Positions 41,522 through 54,066 of a stretch of DNA of 64,000 nucleotides are shown piece by piece. Source of the stretch: Octopus vulgaris. Lineage: Eukaryota. A model generated the notes under the pieces. That model ran no database searches. It was not told the origin of the DNA and saw only the letters and a list, made by a program, of their open reading frames with translations. Numbering within the stretch: the first letter of the stretch is position 1; every line of letters begins with the position of its first letter. Location: positions 9,486,001 to 9,550,000 of the forward strand of contig OX597824.1 of NCBI GenBank assembly GCA_951406725.2, in the 5' to 3' direction. Both the position numbers and the translations under genes were made by a program.

Positions 41522-42472
41522 GAATGATTATGGTTTATGGCACCATGGTGTATATCGATGCTTGTTACACTAAGCACACCAGTCTATTATTCACACCAAT
41601 AATGCATCAGTAGAGAACATATCGATGAACATATTCCTTTGTGCAAGTAAAGCTGAATCAGAAAAAATTCAAATTATAAAATCATTGTTGGTGTTGCCCT
41701 TTGTGCACTAAAATTCTATAGTGAACTTCGTGCGTTTTAATAATTTCATAATAAGAGGACAGAAGAAAAGCATTCCAGTGAGAGGGAAAAAAAATTTCAA
41801 ATTAAGAAAAATGTTTCTTTGGCAGATGACTTTTCAGTTCAGAAATGTCAATGTCTTCATTTCCCCACAAGACATACGAATTTCTTCAATTTTACAGACT
41901 TTATAACATAATGATTTCCGGGAGATTTTCAAACTGTGTAACATGATTTTTGTCCTTGAGTAGAAAGTGTTACTTCCCATTTGCTTACTTACCCCTAGAA
42001 GTCATGAGAAATCTCTAATATTTCAAACTTTGCTTTTGGTACATTTATTCAAACCCCAAAGAATACCTCTCAACACATAGTTATGATGCTCTCCCACTAC
42101 TCCTGTTCATGATCAGAGATGCACATATTGTCATCCACTAAAGAACAACTGACAAGCAAACTCTGTGCTATTGCGCAGATTTGCCATAACTACGTTTCTA
42201 CTTCAGTAACTCAGTGCTGAATCTGTCTGAAAGGTAATGGAAAATAGGTCAGTTTCAAAACATTGATGTCTCAGGTCGGAAAAACAAAGGTTGAAGGGAA
42301 TGGTAGTCATTTCCTTTGCTTTCTAAATAGAAGCAAATAGGGAATAACTCTTACGGACCCAAGCCAAAAATTTAAAATTTTGTTAGTGTTATGCGTTCCT
42401 GTATGATACGGTCAAGTGCAGTGAAACATGGCATTCACCAAAAAAGTAATTAAATTCACATATATATGTATG

Positions 42473-42518
<46 letters not shown>

Positions 42519-42590
42519 CGTATGTATGTATATATACATACATATACATACATACATATACATATATACATACACACACACATATATATA

Positions 42591-42680
42591 TACGAGGGTG
42601 AATCAAAAGTTTTGAGCCTTGAAGTCTCGTACCATATTTTGTTTCTTTGGGGCTCAAAGATTTTTCATACACCTCCCGTA
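42591..42680. mobile_element. ~90-bp mariner-type MITE
   Basis: Imperfect TIRs tacgagggtgaatcaaaagttttgagcc / ggctcaaagatttttcatacacctcccgta, with TA at both ends. Confidence 0.7.
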
Positions 42681-44111
42681 CGTATGTATGTATGTATGTA
42701 TGTATGTATGTATGTATGTATGTACGCATGTATGTATAAGTGCGTCGCACTGATTTTTACTTTAGTTATTTTAGTGAGTGCGACGCACTTATATGCCATA
42801 TTCAGGTACAAGTCTTATTTTTTCTACAGAAAATGTTTTGTTTTTTTTTTATGGTGCGGGGACGTCGCACTTATTTATTTTAGTTTCACTTTGCTATATT
42901 TTAGTCTTGAATTCGCGCCTCATACAGCAGAATCAACAAGAATCTGTCAAACAGAGAAGGCAGGTATCACTCTAAAGACAAACATCCCTGTATATTTGGC
43001 CGTCAGTTTCGCTCTACTACTTACTCTACAGCTGTGAAGCATGGAATGTCTACCAACAGCTTGCGAAGAAGTGGAACTACTTCCTTTCTACCTGAGACTC
43101 TTGGCATCGAGTGGCAAGACAGTATTCTTAACGCAGAGCTACTCTCTAGTTCTGAGCACTCCGGCATCCACACGACACTAATGCAGTCACACTGCGCTTG
43201 GTAAGTCATGTAGCTAGTATGCCAGACCACCAGCTACGAAAAAAGATGTTCTGTAGCAAAGTATAGCACGGTAGAACCTTCCACAGGAACCAGAAATAAC
43301 GCTGCATAAAAGAGATTGAATTTCACACAGAGGACCTTCAAAATCAAGAGTAAGAAGTGAGCATTAAATAGATGAGAATGCTGTACAACAGTTCACCAGT
43401 GTTACGTGACACTGGTGACTGTAGCTGAACAACTTACGAAGACTAGAACGGAAAACGCCACCATATCTTCCAGTTCCGCTAGCATTCCCTAACCGCACTG
43501 CCAAATAAACACTCGTAATTCCGTTCAAGGAATGGTCTAGCTCGGGGTCTGAACACTCACAAGGACAGGCAATTTCAGTATTACGAGATTGCTCTAACGG
43601 ACATGATACTTCTTAAAGAAATTTAATCAGACTCTTCCATATTATGCGGAAAAGCTGTTAGTAGGTACTTTCCTGGCAGAATTCGTCGTACAGTTATGTT
43701 ACCTTCCTTCTAGCTGCTAGAAAAGCTGTTTCAAGATATTCGACACATATTTTCTTCACAAATAGTTCACCCATTTTTAACTGAACTCTTTCGTGCAATA
43801 CACAACAAGAAATAACGTACATTAAAGTTTTCGTTAAATATCCATTAAGATTGTGTCAAAATTAATAACGCTTTGCGTCAAAATCGGTACTTTCCTTTTG
43901 ACATACAAACCGTTCATATTTTAGGATTCCAAGTTTATACTTATATTATTTGTGTCATGGGGAATATTATTTCTAACAGCTGTACAAACAAGTGTTTATG
44001 TATCTTACTTTCTGCTGACGGGAGTACAACTTTACATACATATATACATACATGCATATATACGTACATACATATAAAAAAAACACACACACACTCATGC
44101 ATACACACACA

Positions 44112-44198
<87 letters not shown>

Positions 44199-44213
44199 TT
44201 GTATTTATATATA

Positions 44214-44261
<48 letters not shown>

Positions 44262-44275
44262 CATACGTGTATAGA

Positions 44276-44320
<45 letters not shown>

Positions 44321-44685
44321 CTACCTATTACACTGACCTATAATCACATACGTCTGTTAATAGAAATTTGACAGCCTTGTATTCTCCCTTCCACTTCAAA
44401 TTTTACTACTAAAACAACTACTCACTTGGCGTCACCCTACTCATACATTTTCTCTATCCATTTCTTAATGCAGCTCTAACATATCACCCCTACTCACATA
44501 TTTTACACTTATTCACTCCTTACCTTCTCATCTCATCCTATCCCTCCCCACTGCTTTCCCATTCTCCCCTCACATTATCTTCACCACCAATTAACACTCC
44601 TTTTCTCATTTCTTTCACCCTTTCTTAATTTGTTTTCACTCTTTTCATTGTTTCTTTCTCTTTTTTCTCGCTCTTCCTCTAATCC

Positions 44686-44778
<93 letters not shown>

Positions 44779-45613
44779 GGTTAAAAATTGTTAAAATAAT
44801 AAACTTATACCAGTGGTTAGCCTGTGTAGAAAAGGTCTTAGACATAAATATTTTTATAATATATACGAGTGTATAAAAATTTATACACGGAGAGAAGGCC
44901 ACTAAGTGGTCTTCTTACATGCCAAAAAGGGCAGTCAAACCCTAAGCCATGAAAAATATTCTTATTTACAGCACTTTGATTGTAAGCGAGGAGGAGAAAT
45001 TGAGAGAATTAACATATCAGATAATTCTCCATTCCGACGTTTCACCATGGGTGATAATATAAATCAATCAATTAATTAATTAATTAATTAATTGATTGTT
45101 TAACCAACCATCTGTGGATCTTCAGTGCTATAAATCATTATTTCAAAAAAATTTACCCTTATATTTTATATATTTGAGTATTTTAATTCTTGGGTCAGAT
45201 AACTCACTGTTGAACTTATTCACTGCTCTTCTATTCCAGCTCTGTACATGGATTGTGGACATTTTGATTTGAATTTCTGAGGTATAAAGATGAAATTAAG
45301 TACACACGTGTTTTCTTTTCTACTTTTGTTAGGTATTCTAGTTTTATAATTATATATCTTCAGCGATTCTACTGAAGACCCAATGATGTTTGATTAATCA
45401 ATTAACTAATTTATTTATTTATTTATTCATTTAATTATGAATGGTGAAACTTCGGAGTATAAAATTAACTGACATTTTAATTCCCTCAATTTGTCCTCCT
45501 CGCTTGCAATCGGAGTGATCTTAATAAGAATGTTTTACGTGGTTTGGAGTTTTCGCTGCCCTTTTCAACATGAACATAAATTTTGAACATAAATTTTATA
45601 CACTCATAAACTT

Positions 45614-45660
<47 letters not shown>

Positions 45661-45663
<3 letters not shown>

Positions 45664-45889
45664 TCCTTCCGGCCTCTCAACATGTGACCGCGTGTGTACC
45701 GTTGGCAATTTTTTTCCTCTGCCTTCCCTTCCTTCTCTGGATCTTTCCTTCTCCTATGTTTCCGACGAAGAGCTCCGCTCGAAACGTTAAACCCTCATTC
45801 TTTCCTTCTTTCCTGAGCGTCCAATAATACTATATTTGTTCCACGTCCTCGCGTTGTTGTGTTTTTTGTGCTTTCTTGTTTGGATTATC
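45661..45889 (+). mobile_element. Short HHR-bearing repeat family A
   Basis: HHR at 45758-45792: gttt|CCGACGA|a|gagc-tcc-gctc|GAAA|cg|UU|aaac. Confidence 0.82.
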
Positions 45890-46132
45890 AGAAACATGAC
45901 CGAATCCACATTGAGATACATCGCTGCTTTGTTTATTTTTATATCTGTTATCTCCAAAGTTAATTAAGTGCCGTTCATCTTTTGGTTCTTATAATTAGGT
46001 TCTTAAAAACAACAGGTTTGCTAATTTGATTGCAGTTTCTTTTTGACACATCTGTAATCATTTCCGATTACCTAGTGCACGCGTTGATGCGGTTTTATGA
46101 TTGTCTTACTTTCTAAGGCTTATATATATACA

Positions 46133-46460
<328 letters not shown>

Positions 46461-46469
46461 GTGTGTGTG

Positions 46470-46662
46470 TGGAGGCGCAATGGCCCAGTGGTTAGGGCAG
46501 CAGACTCGCCGTCGGAGGATTCCCAGACCGGGAGTTGTGTGTGCTTATTGAGCGAAAACACCTAAAAAACACCTGGCCTCCCGTCCAGCCGGGACGAACA
46601 CATACGCTACAGAAACCAATAAACCAGTCCTATGAGCCTGCCTTGGCTTGAAAAGGGCGACG
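46470..46662 (+). mobile_element. Chimeric/deleted tRNA-head SINE abutting the PLE
   Basis: Head matches 62555-62662(-); tail matches 7770-7848. Confidence 0.72.
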
Positions 46663-46670
46663 TGTATCGT

Positions 46671-47204
46671 CTAATATTTTTAACTAAATTTTTGAATACT
46701 ATAGGGGGATGGCATGAACCTACATTAATATAACTTAGTCTATCATTGGGCTTCCTATAAGGCTTATAAATATTATTATTAAGATCTAAGGAAACGTCTA
46801 AGAAATTGACAACCGTCAGGTTAGTGTCTATAGTTATACTAAGTCCGAAGTGTTTCATTAACTGGATAATATCCTTCCTAAAACGATCTTGTGCTGGTCC
46901 ATTTGTATTAGCTGTTAAGGCGAGGGCATCATCTTTGTAGATGGCGAAATGTACGTTAGGGAATGTCTTACCGAAGGTATCTAGGAGAAAGAGTCCAATT
47001 AGATCACAGATGCCTGCCCCATCATATGAACCCATGCTCACATCGAAAGCGCCCTCCGTGTCGGTGTTTTTTACCCACTTTGCATTCTCACTGAAAAGTA
47101 ATGTCTTTCTAGCATGGAAGATTATATCCTTATCTTTGGTACTAATTTCTATGAAGTCACTAGCGAAGATTAGGGCTTTATCTAGCAGTTCTTTAGAGAT
47201 AGAT
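46671..47204 (-). pseudogene. Inverted duplicate of PLE RT segment
   Basis: ORF 46607..47443(-) reads SISKELLDKALIFA...KNLVKNI. It is identical in translation to the + copy over the shared part. Confidence 0.92.
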
Positions 47205-47726
47205 AAAGCCCTAATCTTCGCTAGTGACTTCATAGAAATTAGTACCAAAGATAAGGATATAATCTTCCATGCTAGAAAGACATTACTTTTCAGTGAGAAT
47301 GCAAAGTGGGTAAAAAACACCGACACGGAGGGCGCTTTCGATGTGAGCATGGGTTCATATGATGGGGCAGGCATCTGTGATCTAATTGGACTCTTTCTCC
47401 TAGATACCTTCGGTAAGACATTCCCTAACGTACATTTCGCCATCTACAAAGATGATGCCCTCGCCTTAACAGCTAATACAAATGGACCAGCACAAGATCG
47501 TTTTAGGAAGGATATTATCCAGTTAATGAAACACTTCGGACTTAGTATAACTATAGACACTAACCTGACGGTTGTCAATTTCTTAGACGTTTCCTTAGAT
47601 CTTAATAATAATATTTATAAGCCTTATAGGAAGCCCAATGATAGACTAAGTTATATTAATGTAGGTTCATGCCATCCCCCTATAGTATTCAAAAATTTAG
47701 TTAAAAATATTAGTGAGGATTTCTAG
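47201..47726 (+). pseudogene. PLE reverse transcriptase, C-terminal part (lacks N-terminus and first catalytic motif)
   Basis: ORF 46941..47726 from DKALIFA onward contains MGSYDGAG, YKDDA and NFLDVSLDL. The upstream part of that ORF is only the antisense translation of the inverted arm. Confidence 0.9.
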
Positions 47727-48534
47727 CCTCTCATCTAATGAGGACATCTTCAATAGCGTTGCCCCAGTTTATAATAAAGCTTTAAAAGATAGTGGTTTTA
47801 GCGAAAAAATAAAATATACACCTATCACCAGCCCAACAATAAGGAAAAGGAATAATAGAAATAGGAAGGTCATCTGGTTTACGCCCCCTTACTCACCCGA
47901 GGTGGCCTTCAATATAGGTAAATATTTCCTAGCACTGATAGATAGACATTTTCCAGTTAACCATGCTTATAGGAAACTCTTCAATAGACACAATTTAAAA
48001 ATTAGTTTTAGTTCAACTACCAATTTTAAAAACATAATCAATCATAACATACAAAAAACACAAGAAGAAAACAGCTGTTCATGCAGGAATAAAGAATTGT
48101 GCCCGCTAAATGGAGCTTGCATGTCCAAGACCATCATATATGAAGCTACCGTAAACTCTATAACCACTAAAGACACCGTTTCGACGAAGAAATACGTGGG
48201 CCTGACAGAGGGTAATTTCAAGGCCAGGTTCAATAACCACACTTTGAGCTTTAGGCACTGGAACAAAAGAAAAGCGACACAATTATCCAATCATATTTGG
48301 TCTTTAAGAGATAAAGGTGTCGATTATAACATACAATGGAAGATTTTGGCCAGATGTAAGCCCTATACTAACGGCAGCGGAAGGTGCGGTTTATGCGACA
48401 TGGAGAGATGGCTTATCTGGAAAAGCAGCTTAGACCCTACCACATGTCTAAATACAAGGACAGAGCTTTTCGGATCATGCCCACATGTGACTAAATTTCT
48501 GTTACGTTTTTGGTCCCCTAAAGAAAACGGATAG
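47713..48534 (+). pseudogene. PLE RT thumb/linker and GIY-YIG endonuclease, out of frame with upstream RT
   Basis: Motifs RISSLSSN, WFTPPYS, CSC..CPLNGAC, IIYEA..KYVGLTEGNFKARFNNH, LSNHIW, CGLC.E and LNTRTE..CPH..KFLL. Confidence 0.9.
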
Positions 48535-48721
48535 AACATGCTTTCTGTGTTATGTCCCAAGAAGATTTTATATATTTTTATATATTTTTATATATTTTTA
48601 TGTATTTTTATATAATTTTTATGACGAAAAATGCGAGCGATGTATAAGTACGCAGGCAAAGCAGAGTTATAACAGTAATTTCCCTTCATTTTTAACGGTA
48701 TTTTTTCAAAACGTTTTCAAA

Positions 48722-48795
48722 TAGCCAGATAACCGAAGAGATGGTGTTGTGGATTTCCACTTCGGCATCTGAAACTCAGAGTTTTATCTTGACTA
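48722..48795 (+). ncRNA. Type-I hammerhead ribozyme in PLE 3' UTR
   Basis: gataa|CCGAAGA|gatg..catc(t)|GAAA|ctc-a-gag|UU|ttatc. Helix I extends as tagccagataa/ttatcttgacta. U4C core variant. Confidence 0.72.
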
Positions 48796-48889
48796 CCGAG
48801 TAATGTAACATATTGTATAGATAAATTTCCTCTATTTACATAATATTGAGGTCTCTTTCTTTCTTTTGTTATCTTACCGTTTTATCAAT

Positions 48890-48906
48890 ATATAATATAT
48901 ATATAT

Positions 48907-48989
<83 letters not shown>

Positions 48990-48991
48990 AT

Positions 48992-49022
<31 letters not shown>

Positions 49023-49035
49023 GTATACATATATA

Positions 49036-49132
<97 letters not shown>

Positions 49133-49255
49133 TATAATATATATCTATATATATATACATGTATATATATATATATATGTATACATATATATATGCATGT
49201 GTACATGTAATGTATACATGTAAGATATATATATATATCTGTCTATATATATATT

Positions 49256-49317
<62 letters not shown>

Positions 49318-49326
49318 GTATATATA
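48890..49326. repeat. Long (TA)n tract at PLE 3' end
   Basis: Direct inspection. Confidence 0.97.
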
Positions 49327-50505
49327 CATCCCACTTACTCATTTCATTTAGGTGTTTTTTATTTCGTGTCCTTATTTTTACGCGTTTTCGCATTCATATT
49401 TGTATTCCATCATATACACACCTAAATCAAATATACATATCACTTTGTTCTGTTAGGTTTAATGAACCTTCACTTGATTATATGAACATTTCCTTTGGTA
49501 AAGATATATGTGTCTTGGTGATTATATATTATTAAGTAGGAAAAATTATAAGAAAAGTTAATTAAAAATCAACATCAGAGCAAATTCCACATCAGAAACA
49601 TGACCGAATCCACATTGAGATACATCGCTGCTTTGTTTATTTTTATATCTGTTATCTCCAACGTTAATTAAGTGCCGTTCATCTTTTGGTTCTTATAATT
49701 AGGTTCTTAAAAACAACAGGTTTGCTAATTTGATTGCAGTTTCTTTTTGACACATCTGTAATCATTTCCGATTACCTAGTGCACGCGTTGATGCGGTTTT
49801 ATGATTGTCTTACTTTCTAAGGCTTATATAGAGAAGCGATATGTTCAAAGGTTCAGTTACTAAGAATGAAACAAAAATGAGCAAATGAAAAGATTTGCGC
49901 AGATCGTCGACAGAAGTTATTTCAGAGATTATCAGAAGGAGAATGTGGCTGAAGAAATTTACTACACAACTTCTGCTGGCGTTCGTACTTATCGAAATAT
50001 ATATAAATAAGTGTACGTAGGTCAGGTGAAGAAAAAGTGCGCGAACACAGGTATGTAATCACAAAGTCTTGCGTATATATATATGTGTGTACGGTTCATT
50101 AAGTGGTGGTGTTTTGCGTGTGTGTGTGAGTGTGTGATTATTTTTATAAAGCATGTTTCAGAATACCGACAGAATATATATTAATAGGAAAATGAGTGCT
50201 TAAAATATGATACAACTCGTTTTGATTTAGGCTTCAAGTACACACACAGACACACACATATATGTATACACTTTTGTGACCTTCCTCTCATGACCTGGCA
50301 GAGTGAAAATTTCTACTTAAAAGTGAAAATTTCTACTTAAAAAAAAAAGAACGGTTCAAAACCATTATAATGTTATCGTAATTGCAAAGCACTGCCCATG
50401 AAGCTACGCTCCATCACTTTATAAGTACAGATACATACATAGACACATGTACACAAACACACACAGACACACACAGACAAATACATACTACACACACTCG
50501 CATAA

Positions 50506-50602
<97 letters not shown>

Positions 50603-50707
50603 CAGGCTGACTGACGGACAGACTGACTGACGGACAGACTGACTGACAGAGAGACATACAGACTGATTTACAGACAGACAGACTGATAGACAGACAGACA
50701 GACAGAC

Positions 50708-50782
<75 letters not shown>

Positions 50783-50824
50783 TTCATACATATAAACCAA
50801 CATGCATATATATATATATATGCA

Positions 50825-51490
50825 TCTTGGTTTATATCCAAGTCTTTGCTTTGCAGTTAAACCGGGTCATATTAAAAATACGATCAGACGTCCGAAATCT
50901 GGTTCCGATTCCCCTGTTGCACTCCTTGAAAGCATACCAAAGTAATGCAGCAAAACAAATAGCGAAAAGTGTAGGGGCAAGACTATCTCCCTGTTCGACA
51001 CCATTGTCCACCGAACACTCATGAGATAGCTCACCATTAAAGACAACTTGAGCTTTCATATTTCTGTGTATTTCCTTAAAAATGCTCACAAAATATGTTG
51101 GTCAACCAAGTTTACACGAAGCAATCCATAGTGCCTCACTGTTTACCATGTCAAATGCCTTACTTAAATATACGAAGAGCTGGTTTAGTGGCATTTGTTC
51201 CCCTAAGCATTTCTTTTGAGCCTGCCTCACGGAAAATATCATGTCCATCGCTCCTCGCTCAGGTCTGAAACCGCACTGTTCTTCAGGAATCACATGTGGA
51301 CACATATTCTGAACAAGACGATCTAACACGGTATGTTCCAGAAGAGTTATCCCTCTAGAATAACCACACAGTGCTTTCGGGCCCTTACCCTTGGATACAG
51401 AGATAAGAATGCCATTTATCCATACTTGTGGCACAGAGGATCCATTCCAAACACGAGTTATTAGGTTATGAACTTCAGATGAAATACTTA
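50825..51490 (-). mobile_element. RTE-clade LINE RT fragment (degenerate)
   Basis: RGITLL, PEEQCGFRPERGAMDMIFSVRQ, LSKAFDMVN and GVEQGDSLAPTLF. Confidence 0.88.
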
Positions 51491-51671
51491 CGCTCTGCCA
51501 TTTTGTCCCGTTGTACGTGTCTTTATTTGCGCATGCGTATACCTCTATGTGTGTCTATGTATAGTTAGTGTGTGGTGGGGAGTGCTTGTAATATTTGTAT
51601 CTCGTGTTTATACACGTTCGTGTAATTTGTTTTTGTTTATTTTGTTCATGTATTTACACCTACTTATTATC

Positions 51672-51755
<84 letters not shown>

Positions 51756-51807
51756 GTTGTTGTTGTTGTTGTTGTTGTTATTATTATTATTGTTATTATT
51801 ATTATCA

Positions 51808-52184
51808 TTCAGTAGTTTTATTTTTATAGCGTGCTTTCACTTCACTACCGAGCGCAGCTCTGTGTGCCTTGGGTATGTGCTGTGATTTGTTGTGATGCTC
51901 TGATGGTTATTGTATGGAAAGTGTTCTGCGTAGGATGTATGCAGTGCCTAGTAGTGCAATTTTCTGTATGTTATATGTGTTTGTAAGTCCTGGTGTTTTT
52001 GTTATGTATTTGTCTGAATATTTTTTTATCATGCCTAATGCACCTACTATGATAGGAATTGTTTCTGTTTTCAGATTCCACATTCTAGTTACCTCTATTT
52101 CCAGGTCTTTCTATTTTGAGAGTTTCTCCATTTCTTTTAGAGACACGTTGTCATCTGCCGGTATTGATACATCAATTAGAAAGC
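51808..52184 (-). mobile_element. R4/Dong-clade non-LTR 3' fragment in (TAA)n
   Basis: Minus strand reads LIDVSIPADDNVSLKEMEKLSK*KDLEIEVTRMW..PIIVGALG..IQKIALLGTAYILRRTL (restriction-like endonuclease end). Flanked on both sides by TAA repeats. Confidence 0.85.
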
Positions 52185-52215
52185 ATTATTATTATTATTA
52201 TTATTGTTATTATTA

Positions 52216-52322
<107 letters not shown>

Positions 52323-52354
52323 TTTAGAATATTTTTCAAAGATTTTGTTCAAGC

Positions 52355-52399
<45 letters not shown>

Positions 52400-52952
52400 T
52401 GTGTGTTTGTGTGCAGAAGCAATATTTCATCGTTATCTGAATTACCACAAATAAGATCTTTTTGTTGTTGCTGTTGTTTTTAACGTCATATAATTAAAAA
52501 AAAAACAGAAGTGATTAATATATAAATCGGAGTTAATGGGTTCTTTATAATCTATAAAACTTGACGTCAGGTTGAAGAAGTTGTCTACTACAATATACAC
52601 CAAATATGGACGATCACGTCAAATAACCGTTAGTGTCATTCAGATGGATGTGCTGGACACCATATTTAATTGAAGTGTCATTCAAGTAATTGAACTGTGA
52701 TGGTCATGTGTCGGTGTCAGGAATCGTTAATACAACGGAGACGGACGTGTTTGTAAAGAAGTCACAGCAGATGAAACTTGATATAAGGCAGCATTGAGTT
52801 GCGTTAAATTAGGGTCTTTGATTATAAGCAGTATTGGCATTACCTTTCCATTAAAAATACTGATCTTGTGCCAAAAATTTTACACAATCATCCTCAACAT
52901 TATCATTCTTGTTGTTGTTGTTGTTATTAATATTATTATTATTATTATTATT

Positions 52953-53280
52953 TTATGTTTGACTTTTGCTTTACATTTCTACAAGTTGGTTCCAAGTCTC
53001 ACCCAGAGACCTCAAGAGACAACAAGTTGGAAGTTCATGTTGGTGTTATGCCTAGGGTGCCATGTATTTGGTTTTGTACGTAGTGTTGTTCTAGAGAATG
53101 TTTAAGAAACCATAAGAAAATTATGTTTGTTTTAAAACTTGAGATTACATAGAAAGTATTTTGCATAGGATATGGGCAGTTCCCATGAGCACTATCTTTT
53201 GAATTTCTGCCATTTTGGGGTTTCCTAGTATCTGAGCTAGGTAGCAATCAGCCCCTTTTGCTATCATTCCCATGGCACCT
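52953..53280 (-). mobile_element. R4/Dong-like 3' fragment, second family
   Basis: Minus strand reads GAMGMIAKG..EIQKIVLMGTAHILCKILS. TAA/TGA repeat flanks. Confidence 0.72.
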
Positions 53281-53296
53281 TGTTGTTGTCGTTGTT

Positions 53297-53355
<59 letters not shown>

Positions 53356-53371
53356 TATTATTATTATTATT

Positions 53372-53603
53372 AATTGACAAAAATTCTCAGCCTATTTTAC
53401 TGGTAATGCTGGAAAGTGTCAGATGCCCACAGCAAAGAGCCTAAGATGATATTTGTTCAGTGATAATTCTTCAAGAACTCTGCTGGAAACTCTTGCAGTT
53501 CCAAGCAATAATGGTTTATGTTGGTGTTCTATCTTTACATTTGTACCAATCTTTTTCACTCCAAGTTGGTCGCTGTGTGCTGATTCTTCGAAGCGCGCCA
53601 ATC
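53372..53603 (-). mobile_element. R4/Dong-like 3' fragment, third family (degenerate)
   Basis: KIGTNVKIEHQHKPLLLGTARVSSRVLE resembles the LQK.ALLGTARILR.VL terminus. TAA tract at its 3' end. Confidence 0.55.
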
Positions 53604-53823
53604 ATCATCATTATTATTTAATTTTGGTTACATTTCTACTTGTCTCATTGTTCTTGCTTTTGTTCTTATTTTCATATACACACAACATATTAGACATTTG
53701 GAAATGAAAAATTCCTAACATTGGGCTACAACAAGTAACCTTAAATACCGAGAACCCCCACCTCCCTAAGTAACCTAGCTGTCCCTAATAACACAACGAC
53801 AGATATTATTCAGCAACAGTACT

Positions 53824-54066
53824 TTGGAGTAAAAGTTGTTTGCCAACATAGCATGGCAGTCATGGTTTAGGATGAATGTTGCTGTAATTTAGCCCCAGAA
53901 GACATAGTCTCCAGCTGGCTATACGACACGATTTGTGTTCGAAAATATAACGACACAGATCGTGTCGTATAGCCAGCTGGAGACGATGTCAGCTGGACTA
54001 AATAACAGCAACATTTGTCCTAAACCAGGACTGCCATGCTATGTTGGCAAACAATCTTTACTCCAA
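53824..54066. repeat. Long fold-back hairpin of a dispersed repeat
   Basis: ~115-bp imperfect arms around a ~10-nt loop. A diverged single arm occurs at ~19395-19491. Confidence 0.88.

Larger units (their letters stand above)
46671..48889 (+). mobile_element. Penelope-like retroelement (RT + C-terminal GIY-YIG, possibly Naiad-type), 5'-truncated with inverted 5' segment
   Basis: RT motifs FDVSMGSYDGA.ICDLIG, YKDD, VNFLDV.LDL and YKPYRKPN..YIN..S.HPP are followed by a GIY-YIG domain. The 3' UTR carries a hammerhead motif and the 3' end abuts (TA)n. Clade assignment is from recalled motif similarity only. Confidence 0.93.

Noticed and set aside
46941-47200. Novel N-terminal domain MAKCTLGNV... 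shared by two overlapping ORFs
   Set aside because: It is simply the antisense reading of the RT arm on each side of the palindrome.
47700-47726. Programmed ribosomal frameshift between RT and GIY-YIG
   Set aside because: PLEs normally have one ORF, there is no clear slippery site, and the break coincides with a rearrangement junction.
48600-48720. SECIS / selenocysteine recoding, as reported for some Naiad PLEs
   Set aside because: There is no in-frame TGA in the retained ORFs, Cys codons occupy the expected positions, and the ATGA at ~48621 has no convincing SECIS stem by eye.
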